Source of the DNA: Hemiscyllium ocellatum
Lineage: Eukaryota
Assembly (NCBI RefSeq): GCF_020745735.1
Contig: NC_083409.1
Coordinates: forward strand, 16,292,789-16,356,788
Reading direction: 5' to 3'
Length of the DNA: 64,000 bases
Shown here: positions 47,577 to 61,200 of the stretch, piece after piece
How positions within the stretch are numbered: the first letter of the stretch is position 1
Layout of the letters: every line of letters begins with the position of its first letter
The notes under the pieces: generated by a model
Told to the model about the DNA's origin: nothing
What the model saw: only the letters and a program-made list of their open reading frames with translations
Database searches by the model: none
Translations under genes and position numbers: made by a program

Positions 47577-47908
47577 AGACTCCACAGTGTGGAAACAGGC
47601 CATTTGGCCCAACAAGCCAACACCAACCCTCTGAAGACAGACTCCCTGAGACTCATTCCCCTACCCTTTTACTCAACAATTCCCCTGACTGACAGATTCT
47701 TGATCACTGTGGCAATTTTAGAATGGCCAATTCACATAACCTGCTCATCTTTGGATTGTGGGAGGGAACTGGAGCACACGGAGGAAACCCACACAGACAC
47801 AGGGGGAGCGTGCAAACTCCACAAAGACAGTCACCTCAGACTGGAATCGAACCCAGGTCCTTGGTGCTGTGAGGCAGTAGTGCTAACCACTGAGCCACCA
47901 TACTGTAC
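47577..47908 (-). mobile_element. HE1 SINE
   Basis: Reverse-complement HE1 body and A/B boxes. Confidence 0.85.
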
Positions 47909-48529
47909 ATGAAAGAACAGGAGCTTTTATTAAACTCTTTGAGCCTGACGTGATATGAATTATAAACACACAACCCTCTGCCAGGGAAGGTAGTGAAGGC
48001 TTGAAACCTTACAACATTTAAATATCATAACATGCAAGGATTTGGGATAAGTGCAGGAACTTGGGATTAGAGTCCCTTTAGCAGTAGTTATGCCAGGGCA
48101 GACTCAATGGGCCAAAGGGCCTTTTCTGTGCTGTATCAATCTACGCTCCAAGCTGAGAGGGTGGTACAGGTTAATGGTGACTATATTAGACAGTTCCAAG
48201 ATGGCAAATCAATGATCAAGGGTCAGAGGAAATGGCTCAACCTTCAGTGAAGGCCCAAGTAAGTGCTTGGGAGGAGGGTCAAGGTCATTGGAGACTGAGC
48301 GAGAGCACAGGGTGCTGCCTGGCATCTCCAGGGATTGTTGTGAGGCATGTGGTGACAAGAGGGGAGTGTGTAGGGAGGAAGTGCAGTTTCAGTTGAAATG
48401 CAACCTTTGTCGGTAACAGCATGATCTTCAGCACCAGGGGGTGTCCCTGACTGTGTCAGGCTCACTGGCTGCTCTCTGTGTGATTCCACACAGCCACCAA
48501 TGTGGTCACAACGCAAGATATTGCTCTTG

Positions 48530-48750
48530 TCTACACTACTGTCTACACCACCATCTGCAACTACCGTTTGGACCTTCTGTCTACAACACCATCTGCTCCC
48601 ACCATCTGCACCCTCGGTCTGCACCACCGTCTGTACCCACTATCTGCACCCAGTATCCACAGCCACTGTCTAGTCCCTCTGTTTGCACCCACCATCTACA
48701 CCCACTGTCTACACTGCTGTCTGCACCCTCCATCTACACCTCCCATCTTT
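48530..48750. repeat. Degenerate tandem repeat of about 12 bp (ACCATCTGCACC-like)
   Basis: Recurrent CCATCT/CTGTCT-ACACC units. Confidence 0.7.
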
Positions 48751-51700
48751 CTGCTGCTGTAAAATAGTATCCAATGATTCCATTGAGATTACTGCACCTG
48801 AAGCCCGAATTCTAGAACTGGCAATGATTGTCTTCTAACTCTGACCTACAAAGCCTGTGTTCCATGTAATGGAAAATTAACAAAATTAACATTTACTCTG
48901 AAATCCATTTACTCTGAAACCTGAAAGACAGTGCTTGACCAAAATTAAAACTCTCTGACACTTTGCTGAAGTATGCAGTCGAGGGACAGCTTCTCTCTGA
49001 GGAACTTTGTAAATATTCAACAAGAGAAAAATATAAGAACAGTCTGTCCACAACAAGGGAATGAAAAGAATAACAACTCAAATCTTCACAGTCTTTGTCC
49101 TTGAGAGTGTGATAAGAAACAGGATAAGGAGAATATCTGAATTATGCTCAGGCCCCTTGCACAAGGCATTTTTGTCAAGTGCATGTGGTCCCCCTGCAAT
49201 GCAGAGGTTAAAAAAAATTAATAAAGCTCTTTTTGGTTGCTCTTGCTAATAGCTAAGTCGAGTCAATTTAATTTCCACGACATTCCACAATGGGCTGAGT
49301 AATATTAATGACTGAATGCTATTTGATTTCTGTGATGGCAGGACTGACGTATAAGAAGAGGTTGAGTTGGTGAGGATTGTGTTCACTGGAGGTTAGAAGG
49401 ATGAAGGAAGGGAATCTTGGAGACAGCTGTAAAATTGGAACAGGATGTGAGACAAGTCAAATGGAGTAAGGATGTTCCCAATGGTGGGGAAGTCCAGAAC
49501 CAGGTTCATAGTTTAAGGTTAAGAGGTAAACTCTATAGGACAGAGATGAGGAAAAATGTCTTCACCCAGAGAGTGGTGAGCCTGTGGAATTCTCTGTCAC
49601 AGAAAGTGGTTGAGGCCAAAACATTATGTTTTCAAGAAGGAGGTAGAGACAGCTCTTGTGGCGAAGGAACCAAGGCATACGGGGTAGGGAGGGATTACAG
49701 TAATGTGCTCCATGATCAGCCACAATCATATTGAGAGGCAGAGCAGGCTGGAGGGGCCGATGGCCTACTCCTGCTCCTATCCTCTATGTTTCTACATTGC
49801 GTAAAATAGATTGCCAGGTGGAGGGCACTCTGTCAGATGGGTAAGTATCCATTCACAGATACCCCCCACACCACTCCCCTTCCATTTTAATTGGGTCCAC
49901 TCCCTCTCTTCCTATGTCTTTGTTATCTGACCAGTGACCACACCTCCCCTTCACCACCCCGGCAGGGAGCTGTGCTTATAACCCATCCTTTGTTTTAATT
50001 TGCTAACTGGGTGATGTGGCGGTGGGGCTTTCAAAAACAGGAATCCCTTGAGCTGATTTTGTTGTGTGCCTCCCTCAATATGGGCGACACAGCACTGCTG
50101 CCTCACAGAGCCAGGGAGCCAGGTTCGAGAGTCACACAGCACAGAAATAGGCCCTTCGGCCCACCAAGTCTATGCCAACCACCACACACTAAACTACACT
50201 AATCCCATTTACTCGCAGTTGTCTGGAGCCTACTGTCTCCTGGAAATAAAAGTGCTCTTCCAAATGTATTTTAAAGGTTGTGAGATTTTCAGCCTGCACC
50301 ACCCTCTCAGGCAGCATGTTCCACATAGCTACCACACACTGGGTCAAAACATACTTTCTCCTTAATCTTATGACCCCTGGTCTTAAACAGGTCTGGGTGA
50401 GGAGCGGAGGCTGCAGAACAGTGTGAGAGGTCAGGAGTGGAGAGAGGGAGAACAGTGTGAGGGTGAGGAATGGAGGCTGGAGCAGGAAGATGCTTGTGTT
50501 CTGGAAAGCAGCACAAATAGGGAAGAGATCCAAGAGCTGGTGGGAATAGTCTCCATGCTTCCTAACAGTAGCTTTATGGTGGGAAAGAGAATAAATCAGG
50601 GGATAATGAGGGCCTGTAACAAAGGCTGCTCATTCATTACAAATGACTTTAATCCTCGTCGATTATTATAGTCAGATTTTTCTTTTTCATTCATTGACTG
50701 GATGAGGGTGTCACTGACTAGGACAGCATTTATTGCCCACCCCTAATTGCCCCAGAGGGCAGTTAACAGTCATCCACATTGCTGTGGGATTGGATTCTCA
50801 TGTAGGCCAGACCAGGGAAGGATGGCAGTTCCTTCCCTAAAGGACGTTAGTAAACCAGATGGGTTTTCCTGACAAACAACAGGGATTCATGGTCATTGTT
50901 AGATTCTTAATTGCAGACTTTTTAATTGAATTTAAATTCCCCCGTCTGCCATGGTGGGATTTGAGCCTGTGTCCCCAGAACCATATCTGGGTCTCTGTGC
51001 ATTAATCACAGAAGGTTAGTTTGTAGGTACAGCAAGTCATCGGGAAAGCTCATAGAGCATTATGGTGTGTTGTGAGGAGAAACTGAATGCAAGGCTTCAT
51101 TGAAACAAGCAAGATCCTGAGGGGCCTTGACCGGGTGGATGTGGAAAGGATGTTTCCTCTTGTGGGAGAATCCAGAACTAGGGATCACAGTTTAAAATTA
51201 AGGGAGAGTCCAATCAAAACAGAGATTCAGAAACACGTTTTTCCTCTCAGACTTGTCAGTCTTTGGAATTCCCTTCCTTAAAAGGCAGTGGATGCAGAAT
51301 TGAGAACCCATCCAGTGTGGAAACAGGCCCTTCAGCCCAACAAGTCCACACAAACCCTCCGAAGAGTAACTAATCCAGACCGATTTCCCGACCCTATATT
51401 TACCCTAGGAAGAGGTAGATAGATTCTTCATGACTGAAGGGATGGTACATTATCGGAGAATGTAGAGTTGATGTTAAAACCAGATCAACTACGATCTTAT
51501 TGAATAGGGGAGCAGGTTCAAAGGGCCGAGTGGCCTACTTTTGTTCCTTGCCCATATGTTGCCTCACACACCTTCGCACAAGCAAAGACTGCCACTCGTA
51601 TTTTCTACCTGCAGATTAAGCTGCTTGTGCAATAGGCCTCATCGGCACAGTGTTTGCTCCAGCCTTTCACTGTGAGGTGAAAGATAATGGTCCCATAATC

Positions 51701-51785
51701 AATCCATTAACTCTGTGAGTTGGTTTATTTAAAACAATAAAATAAATTACAAGTCATGAAACAGACATTACAGCAAGCAATAATA

Positions 51786-52110
51786 GGCAGCGCGATGGCT
51801 CAGTGGTTAGCACTGCTGCCTCACTGTGCCAGGGAACTGCCTCAGGTGGGTTTGTGTGGAGTCTGCACATTCTCCCTGTGTCTGCGTGGACTTTCCCTGG
51901 GTGCTCTGGTTTCCTCCCACAGTCTAAAGATCTGCAGTCTCGATAAATTGGCCATGCTAAATTGCCCAGAGTGTACAGCAATGTGCAGGCTTGGTGGAGT
52001 AGCCATTGGAACATACAGAGATAGGATAGGGGTCGAGATAGAATGACCTTCGGAGGGGAGGTATGGAGTCAATGGGCTGAATGGCCGACTTCCACACTAT
52101 AGGGATTCTG
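51786..52110 (+). mobile_element. HE1-family SINE (different tail)
   Basis: GGCAGCGCGATGGCTCAGTGGTTAGCACTGCTGCCTCAC head, V-domain and CR1-like tail. Confidence 0.8.
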
Positions 52111-54741
52111 TGTTACAAATGCAAGTTCCTTCTTTCCATTCTAGCCCTGAAGCATGTGGTTCTGTGTCATATCCACTCAAGAGATGGCAACCCTTTGAAG
52201 ACAGGAGCAGCCCCTATTTTTTTGGAAAGTACTTCTTCCACTCTGTGTCCTTCACAGCCTTGTAGACAGCAACAATGAGATCGGGAAATAACCCAAAGCT
52301 ATAATCTTCTGGGCTCTTCATTAAACTGTGGAACCTGAAAAGTACAATTAATGTCCAAGTCAATGAAGATATTTCTCAGCAATCCCTAAATGCTGAGGTT
52401 TAGTACTCAGCAGGCCCCAGGAGTCAAAATAACTGAGTAGATCATTGCTCTGAATTGCTCATAAATTACCCCTTCACATTTCTGGAGGCTTTGATCAGAA
52501 AGATTGCTTACCCCTCTCCAATATACAGCTTACAATCAGCTCCAACTCCCAACCATCCAGCTGAGAGCAGAGCCCTGTACAAACTAGAACCTGGTCAGTG
52601 GGAGCACTGTCACCTCTGTCTCATAAGCTTTGGGGAGTCTATTTTGATCATAGAGTCCTTCAGCACTGGAGGCTGTTCAGAGCATGTTCCCCAGACTGAT
52701 CCCAGGGATGAAAGGGCTGTCCCATGAGGTGCAGTTAAAGAGCTTGGGCTTGTACTCACTGGAGTTCAAAAGAATGAGGAGGGATCTGGTGGAGGGATAG
52801 AAAATGTGAAAGAGGATTGATAAGGAGGACGTTGAATAGATGCTCCCCCTTGTGGGACAGTCTGGAACAAGAGGTCATCGATATGGAGTGAGAGGCTGTA
52901 GGTTCAGAACTGAGATGAGGAGAAACTACTTCTCCCAGAGGGTTGTGAATCTGTGAAACTCAATGCCCCAGAGTGCAGTGGAGGCAGAATCAATCAACAG
53001 GCTCAAGAACGATGTGTTTCTGATGAAAAGTGAGATAAAGAGCGATGGGGAGCAGGCAGGAGAGTGGAGTTGAGACCAGGATAAGATCAGCCACAGTCAT
53101 GTTAAATGGCGGAGAGGGATCGAAGGGCTGAATTGCCTCCTCCTGCTCCTAATTCCTATGTTGAGCACACAGTCAAGGCTGACACTGCAAACTGAGGGAG
53201 CTGTTGTCTTTCAGTGAGATAAAAAACAGAGGTCCTGCCACAATCTATCGAACTGTACTATCTCCTCCAGTGACAAATGCTGGAATTTGAATTCAAATCA
53301 CAAAGCAAGCCTCATTAATGGTGACCACGATAATGATCCCTGAATGCTGTCCAGCCTCAGCCTTACCCAGTCTGGACCTCATGTGACTCCAGCCCCACAG
53401 CAATCTGGTTAACTCTAAGGTGCCTTCTGAGAGGCCACAGCAAGGCCAGCAGTTCAAGGGCAATTAGTCTTGGGTAACAAATGCTGATCGATGCCAGTGA
53501 CACCCACCTCCCAGAAAACAGAATGCAGCAGAGATTGGTGTCAGCCACAATTGTCAGATCAGACTCCCAATGAGATGGGGAGATGGTTAACAATGTATTC
53601 AGCTCAGTATGGAGCAGGTCCCCACTTGTTAGCACATCGTCGCTGATAAAATAAGTGAGAGAAAACAGAAAACTGAAGGCGAGAACACTCGAATGTGGGA
53701 ATATCATCGAGAATTCAGGCAACTGAAGGAAGATATGAAGAACTGCAAAGGAAGACAAAAAGGAAGCAAGAGTTACAGAAAAGTGATTGAGAAAGAGACC
53801 TGCAAGGGGTCACAAGAATAACACAAATGTTTTACACAAAAATTAGAAAATCATGGGGCTCCGGTGCAATGTGAGCCCTTTAAAAACAATCTGGGAATTC
53901 CATGAATGAGACTAAGGGAATGGCTGATATTTACAATAATTAGTTATGTCAGTCTTCACAGTCAAGGAACGGGATAATGCAGCTTCCTTGCCAGGGAGGT
54001 CCTGCCACAATTGAAGACTGGAATTTGCAAAACTTGATACATGCCAGAAAACAGCATTGGAAAGCGAGCAGCTCTAAAGGCTGACAGATCTTCAGGACCT
54101 CAGGGGTTTAAAGGGAGGGGGAGGGGGGGAGAAGTTTCAGAGGCTTTTCCCGTTAGGTTCCAAAGCAGCAACCATTCCTTTAATTTGGAAAATGTCTTGC
54201 TGTAACTTCACGGGTTCAAGAAAGATGAGAGCGGGAACCAAGGAAATTTTATCCTGGTCAATCTAACATCTCTTTTGAGGGTTTCATTGGAATCTATAAT
54301 TAACAGCCGAGAGAATGAACATGTAGAGAATTGGAAATAGCCCACATAGATTTGTGATGGGTAAGTTCTGACTAATGAACCAAATGCATAAACTAAATAG
54401 TCGATAGGCCAGCAAGTTCAGAAGTACTTGATAATTTCCCGCAAAACAGTCTGCTGATCAAAATTAAAACCCATGGGATTGAAGATGAATGTTTGACTTG
54501 GTTTGGAGGCTGGTTTAGTGACAGACAACAGGGAAAGAAAGTGACATGTGGTGTTCCACAAGGAATCTGTGGTGAGGCCTTAACTACTTACTGTATGTAA
54601 TAATGAGAATCAGTTCCACATTGACACAAAGACTGATGGAATAGTAAGCAGTGCAGATGGTCTTTTTGTTTAAAACTCACTCTGAGGACATCGGTGTTGC
54701 TATCTGGGCCAGCGTTTATTACACATTCTGTGTTGTCTTGT

Positions 54742-55068
54742 GAATCATGGAATCATCATACAGTGTAGAAGTTGGTCATTCAGCCCATCAAATCCACACC
54801 AACCCACCAAACAGCATCCCATCTGGACTGACTCCATTCCTGTACTGCAGCATTTCCTATGGCCAACCCACCCAGCCAACACATCCTTCGACACTATGTG
54901 CAATTTGGCATAGCTAATCCACCTAACCAACATATCTATGGACTGTGTGGAAGAAACCCACACAGGCATGGGGAAAATGTGCAACCTCCACACAGACAGT
55001 CATCCCAGGGTGAAATTGAACCCAAGTCCCTGGTGCTGTGAGGTAGCAGCACTGACCACTGAGCCACA
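54742..55068 (-). mobile_element. HE1-family SINE
   Basis: Reverse-complement HE1 body. Confidence 0.8.
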
Positions 55069-55620
55069 ATCCTACCCTTTGCAAGGTGGTGGTGAGCCGC
55101 CTTCTTGAACCACTGCAGTCCATGTGCTGTAGATACACCCACAATGCTCTTCGTGAAGGAATTTCAGGATTTTAATCCAGCGACACTGGAGGAACGGTAA
55201 TACATTTTCAAATCAAGATTCTATGTGGATTGGAGGGGAACTTGTTTTTGGTCGTGTTTTGTGTCCTTCTACATGGAAATGATGTGGGTTTGGAAAGTGC
55301 TGTCTCAAGAGACTTGGTGTGAATTCCTGCAGTGCATCTTGTAGATGGTGCACACCGCTGTTACTGAGCATCAGTGGTGGAGGGAGTTTATGTTTATTGA
55401 TGTGGTGCCAATCAAGCAGGCTGCTTTGTACTGGAAGATATCAAGCTTCTTGATCATTTTTGGAGCAGCACCCATCCAGGCAAGTGGGGAGTAACCCATC
55501 ACAGTCCTATCCAGAACTTGACTGATCTTTTCTTAATTCATTTACTGGATTGGGCGTCACTTGCTATGTCAGCATTTATTGCCCAGAATCAAGTGGGGTG
55601 GCACAGCTTTATTGGTACAG

Positions 55621-56487
55621 GAACTATGAAAGCAACCACCCCAACACACACAAACGAAGTTGCATCAGGACATTATTCAAAAGGGCCACAACACACTGCA
55701 GCACACCAGAACTACAAAAAGAGGAAGAAGAACACCCATACAAGGTATTCACCAAAATCAGATACCTGCGCAATTTCATCAACAGATGCCTAAGGGAAAG
55801 ACAATGAAATGAGGACATGCCACAACCCAAAGGACTGGCCACACTCCCATACATCAGGAGCATTTCTGAACTGACAACCAGACTGCTGCGACCACTAGGA
55901 CTCAAAAGAGCACACAAACGAACAGCCACTCTCAGACAACAACTCACCAGGACAAAGGACCCGATACCCAGCATGAGCAAAACCAACGTAGTGTACAAAA
56001 TCCCATGCAAGGACTGCACAAAACACTACATAGGACAAACAAGAAGACAGCTAACAACCCGCATTCATGAACACCAACTAGCCACGAAACGACACGACCA
56101 GCTATCCCTAGTAGCCATACACTCAGATGACAAACAACATGAATTTGATTGGGACAACACCACTATTATAGGGCAGGCCAAACAGAGAACAGCCAGGGAA
56201 TTCCTAGAGGCATGGCACTCCTCCACAAATTCTATCAACAGACACATCGACCTAAACCCTATATACCGGCCACTGCAGCGAACAGCAACTGACAACCGGA
56301 AGCGGCAGATTCAAACCAGTATAAATGCCGGAGGAATCAGCACAGAAGCGCTTCACAGGAGGCTCCCAAGCACTGAAGATGTTGCCTAGAAAGGGGACGA
56401 AACGTTTGCAACAAAAACTCCCAGCTCGGCGAACAGAACCACAACAACGAGCACCCGAGCTACAAATCTTCTCACAAACTTTGAACT
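55621..56487 (+). mobile_element. Penelope-like element (probably Poseidon-type), 5'-truncated, with GIY-YIG endonuclease ORF 55817-56389
   Basis: NVVYKIPCKDCTKHYIGQTRRQLTTRIHEH...REFLEAWHS; degenerate hammerhead core CTGAAGA...GAAACGTT near 56372-56405. Confidence 0.88.
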
Positions 56488-56539
56488 AGATTCTTAATCA
56501 CAAGAGCCAAGTAATGTTCTGAGGGATCTGGGATCACCG

Positions 56540-56853
56540 TGGGGCAGCACGGTGGTACAGTGGTTAGCACTGCTGCCTCACAGCACCAGAATCCCAGGTT
56601 CGACTTTAGCCTCAGGTGACTGCCTTTTATGGAGTTTGCACATTCTCCCTGTGTCTGCATGGGTTTCCTCCGGGTGTTCCGGTCTCCTCCCACAGTCCAA
56701 AGATGTGCAGGTTAGGTGAATTGGTCACGCTAAATTGCCCATAGTCAGGGGTAAATATGGGGAATGAGTGTGGGTGGGTTACTCTTCGGAGGGTCGGTGT
56801 GGACTTGTTCAATGGAAGGGCCTGTTTACATACTGCAGGGAATCTAATCTAAA
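56540..56853 (+). mobile_element. HE1 SINE
   Basis: Head, body and AATCT tail as at 282-611. Confidence 0.85.
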
Positions 56854-57019
56854 TCCTGGCAATGTATGGAGTGGAATTTTAAATCCAAAAAGACTCTGGA
56901 GTTAAGAGTCTAATGACGACCATTGTTGGGGGAGAACCCCATCGGGCCCACTAATGTCCATCAGATTGCTGTCCTTGCCCATCCTGACTGACATATGACT
57001 CCAGACCCACAGCAACACA

Positions 57020-57300
57020 GAATCATAGAATCCCTACGGTATGGAAGAAGGCCATTCAGCCCATCAAGTACAAGCAGCATTTCACCCAGAACCAGCCCTC
57101 TCTCCTAACCCTACACTTCGATGGCCAATCCAGCTAACCTGCACATCTCTGGACTGAGAGAAGAAACTGAGGCACCCGGAGGAAACCCATTCAGACTCAG
57201 GGAGAACATACAAATTCAACACAGACAGTTGCCTGAAGGTGGAATCAAACCCAGGACCCTGGCGCTGTGAGGCAGTGATGCCAGCCACTGTGCCACCCAT
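57020..57300 (-). mobile_element. HE1-family SINE
   Basis: Reverse-complement HE1 body. Confidence 0.8.
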
Positions 57301-59559
57301 TCCTCATCTCTGATCAAAATGTCTAACCCCTTATTCCCAGACTGGGACTCTGCTTTAGAATCCCCAGGTAAGGGTTCACCCTTTCAAAATCTACCCTGTC
57401 AGGGCCCTGGAGAATTTTAAATGTTTCAGTGACATCTCATCCCAGCCTTCTGAATTCTAGGGAATCCTGACCCAGTCCCCTCTCTCAATCATTAGACAAT
57501 TCCTCAGCCCGTCACATGAACTGGGCTGGGTTTGATCATCTCAGTTAGAGTTTCAAGGAGGGAAGGAGAAAGAAAGACTCTTTCTGCTTTGAATCGATGC
57601 TAAAAACTGAAAAAGCAGGAAAATATTGTCACTAAGTATTGTTCACATACTCTTACTTTACATCGAAGTGCTGGGTGAGGTTTCTTATGAATTTCAGGCC
57701 GTCACTGGTGGTGTCCTTATATTCTTTATTCTTGCCTTGTCTCTTGTTCATGTCATTTAGGAGAACGGAGTCAACCGAGAAGGAAATGAACAGCAGAGTT
57801 TGTTTTCTCTGTTGATTAAATTCTCCTTGTTTGCTCCCCTGAGCACCTGAATAAGGGGCGAAGCTTGTGTCTTATAATAAACCAATTGGATTATAACCTG
57901 GTGTCGTATGATTTTTGACCATGTCCTCTGATCACATTCAGATTATTCCCACAAGCACTGCATGTTCTTGCTTCTCCAGGTCAGCAGGTGGCGATCTTGA
58001 CAATGGATTTGACAATGGTCTCCATCAGAGAGGACCCACCAATCAGGGACAGAGACCAGAGATTACAGGCCATGCTCTTGCTCCCCAGTCCCAGACCCGA
58101 GCACAACGGGCCCCCTGGAGTCCCGGGTACCGGTTGTTGCAAATAGTGCAACTGTTCCTTCTGATTTTTCCCAACTTCACCAGGTCTCCACAATCATTGA
58201 GATTCGTTAAATGCAACCTTTGCCAATGAAAGACCCTGACTGATGGGAAACAGACTGAAATGGGTCAATAATACAGTTTTGGGGAGTTACAGACACAGAT
58301 TGCCAAGTGGAAATCAGATGCTGTGGCTCTAACAGAGATCGGGCGGGACTAGGGATTCCTGGATACAAGGTGTTCAGTAAAGATAGGAAAGAAGGAAAAC
58401 TGCAGGAAGTGGTGGGATTGTTCTGGAGCCAGACAGGACTGACCAACATTAGGCCCTGAGATATGATGTAGATGAAGGGTGGACTGTGCCGGGCTTTAAC
58501 TCACTGATACCGGAGTAAAACAGGAATTATCTATTTCACAAGAGAGTGAATGGAACTAACAAACCAGGTGCATGTGAAACATCCACCCCATCCCTGAGAG
58601 AGGGGGACAAGAACAGGGACATTCTCAGACAGAAAGGTTGCTAAAAATGGTATCACCCCGAGAGTGAAGGGTGGGGTAGGGATAGTGACAGCGACACTCC
58701 CCCAGAGAGTGGGGAAAGTAACATTGACACATTTAAAACTCTATTATCACAAACAAGAATTCAAACAGCCACCCACTCCGTCATACGGTGTTGAAGATGC
58801 ACTGTCCTCATCAAAACATGTTTGCAAACCTCTTCACAACACGTAAGGGCAGAGAAACATTGAAAACTGTATTATCACGAGTGAGGGTCCATTTAAAACT
58901 TGGACCATGATGTTAAATGTTCTCAGCCGTAAACAACACTGGTGTGTTGATGTCATTATCTTATTAAACAATATTAAAACCTCAGCCAAACATTTTCCTG
59001 CAGACAGTGTATTTAAAATATCAAGAGGCTTTCCCCATTGTTGGTTTGATCAGTGACGTAGCAAGGAAGCAGCAGCTGCCCCATGAACTCCAACAAAAGA
59101 ATGAGAACAGGCTCTTCATACGGAGCTGGCTCCCGAGAATCCAATTCAACAGCAGGGACCAAAGAACAAGGAACAATAGATGTGTGAGGCAATAGATAAA
59201 AGAAATGCTCGAGGCAAATATTTCACACAAAGGGAGTTGAGTGCCTGGAACACACTGTCAGAGGAAGGGGTGGAAGCAGACACAATAGAAGTATTCAAGA
59301 AATACCTGCTCTAATGCATGAATAGGTAGGGAATAGAGGAATATGAATCCTGTAGGTGAAGACAGTTTCAGTATGGAAGGGCAAAATGTATCAGCACAGG
59401 GTTGGAGGGCCGAAGGGCCTGTTCCTGTGCTGTATTAAATTCCCCCGCCCCTTGAACCTCTGTTCCCCAATAATTGACCCCTCCACCCTGGGGGAAAAAA
59501 AAGCCTCATATTCTCCACTCTACATATCCCATTCACAACTTTATAAACTTCGATCAGGA

Positions 59560-61200
59560 CATGGAACATAGAACAATACAGCACAGAACAGGCCCTTCGG
59601 CCCACCATGTTGTGCCGAACATTTGTCCTAGCTTAAGCACCTATCCATGTACCCATCCAATTGTCGCTTAATGGTCACCAATGATTCTGACTCTGCCACT
59701 CCCACAGGCTGCGCATTCCATGCCCTCACCACTCTCTGGGTAAATAACCGACCCCTGACATCCCCCTATACTTTCCACCCTTCACCTTAAATTTATTTCC
59801 TCTTGTAACACTCTGTTGTACCCAGGGAAAAAGTCTCTGACTGTCTACTCTATCTATTCCCCAATCATCTTATAAACCTCTATCAAGTCATCCCCCATCC
59901 TTCACCGTTCCAATGAGAAAAGGCCTAGCATTCTCAACCTTTCCTCGTACGACCTTTTCTCCATTCCAGGCAACATCCGGGTAAATCTCCTTTGCACCCT
60001 CTCCAAAGCTTCCACATCTTTCCTCAAGTGAGGTGACCAGAACTGCACACAGTACTCCAAATGTGCCTTACCAAGGTCCTGTACAGCTGCAACATCACCT
60101 CACGACTCTTGAATTCAATCCCTCTGCTAATGAATGCGAATACAACATAAGCCTTCTTACAAGCTCCATCCACCTGAGTGGCAACCTTCAAAGAGCTATG
60201 AACATAGACCCCAAGATCCCTCTGCTCCTCTACCTTACTAAGAACCCTATTGTTAACCCTGTATTCAGCATTCTTATTTGTCCTTCCCAAATGGACAACC
60301 TCACCCTTGACAGGGTTGAATTCCATCTGCCACTCCTCAGCTCTGCATCATATCTAAGTCCCTTTGCAGCTGACAACATCCCTCCTCACTATCCACAACT
60401 CCACCATTCTTCGTATCATCTGCAAATTTACTGACCCACCCTTCAACTCCCTCTTCCAAATCATGAATAAAAATTACAAACAGCAGAGGACACGCCTCAT
60501 TTTTCCGCATTCCAGTGAAAGCAAACCCAGTCTATCCAACCTTTCTTCAGGACTACTATCCGCCATACCAGACAATATCCTGATAAACATTTTCTGCATC
60601 GTCTTCAAAACATCCACATCCTTCTGGTAGTGTGGTGACCAGAACTGTATGCAATATTCCAAGTGTGGCCAAACTAATGTTCAATAAAGCTGCAGCATAA
60701 CTTGTCTATCCTTATACTCAATGCCCCTTCCAATGAAGGCAAGCAGGTCATCAGCCTTTTTTACTGCCTTACCTCCCTGTGCTGCCACCTTCAGTGATCT
60801 GTGAACATATACACCCAGATCCCTCTGCATATCAATACTCCAAAGGATTCTGCCATTCACTGTATAATTCCCACCTGTACATCACCTTTCAAAATGCATC
60901 ATCTCACATTTGTCTGGATTAAACTACATTTGCCATTTTTCTGTTCATGCATCCAACTGATCTAATATCCTGCTGTATCCTCTGACAATCCTTCTCATTA
61001 TCTGCAACTCTACCAATATTTGTATCAACCATAAACTTACTAATTAGACCAGCTACGCTTTGCTCCAAATCATTTATGGAGATCATGAACAGGAGAGTTC
61101 CCACCGCTGATCCCCGTGGAATATCACTAGTCACAGCCCACCATTCTGAAAACCGTTCTTCCATTGCTACCCTTTGACTCCTGTGACTAATCTAGTTCTG
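59560..61200 (-). mobile_element. CR1 ORF2 3' fragments (two stacked)
   Basis: MEFNPVKGEVVHLGR...LQLYRTLVRH and EYCIQFWSPHYQKDV peptides. Confidence 0.85.

Noticed and set aside
52150-52260. Resemblance of YFPKK*GLLLSSKGC to the torsin C-terminus
   Set aside because: Few matching residues, interrupted by a stop, and no other torsin exons seen
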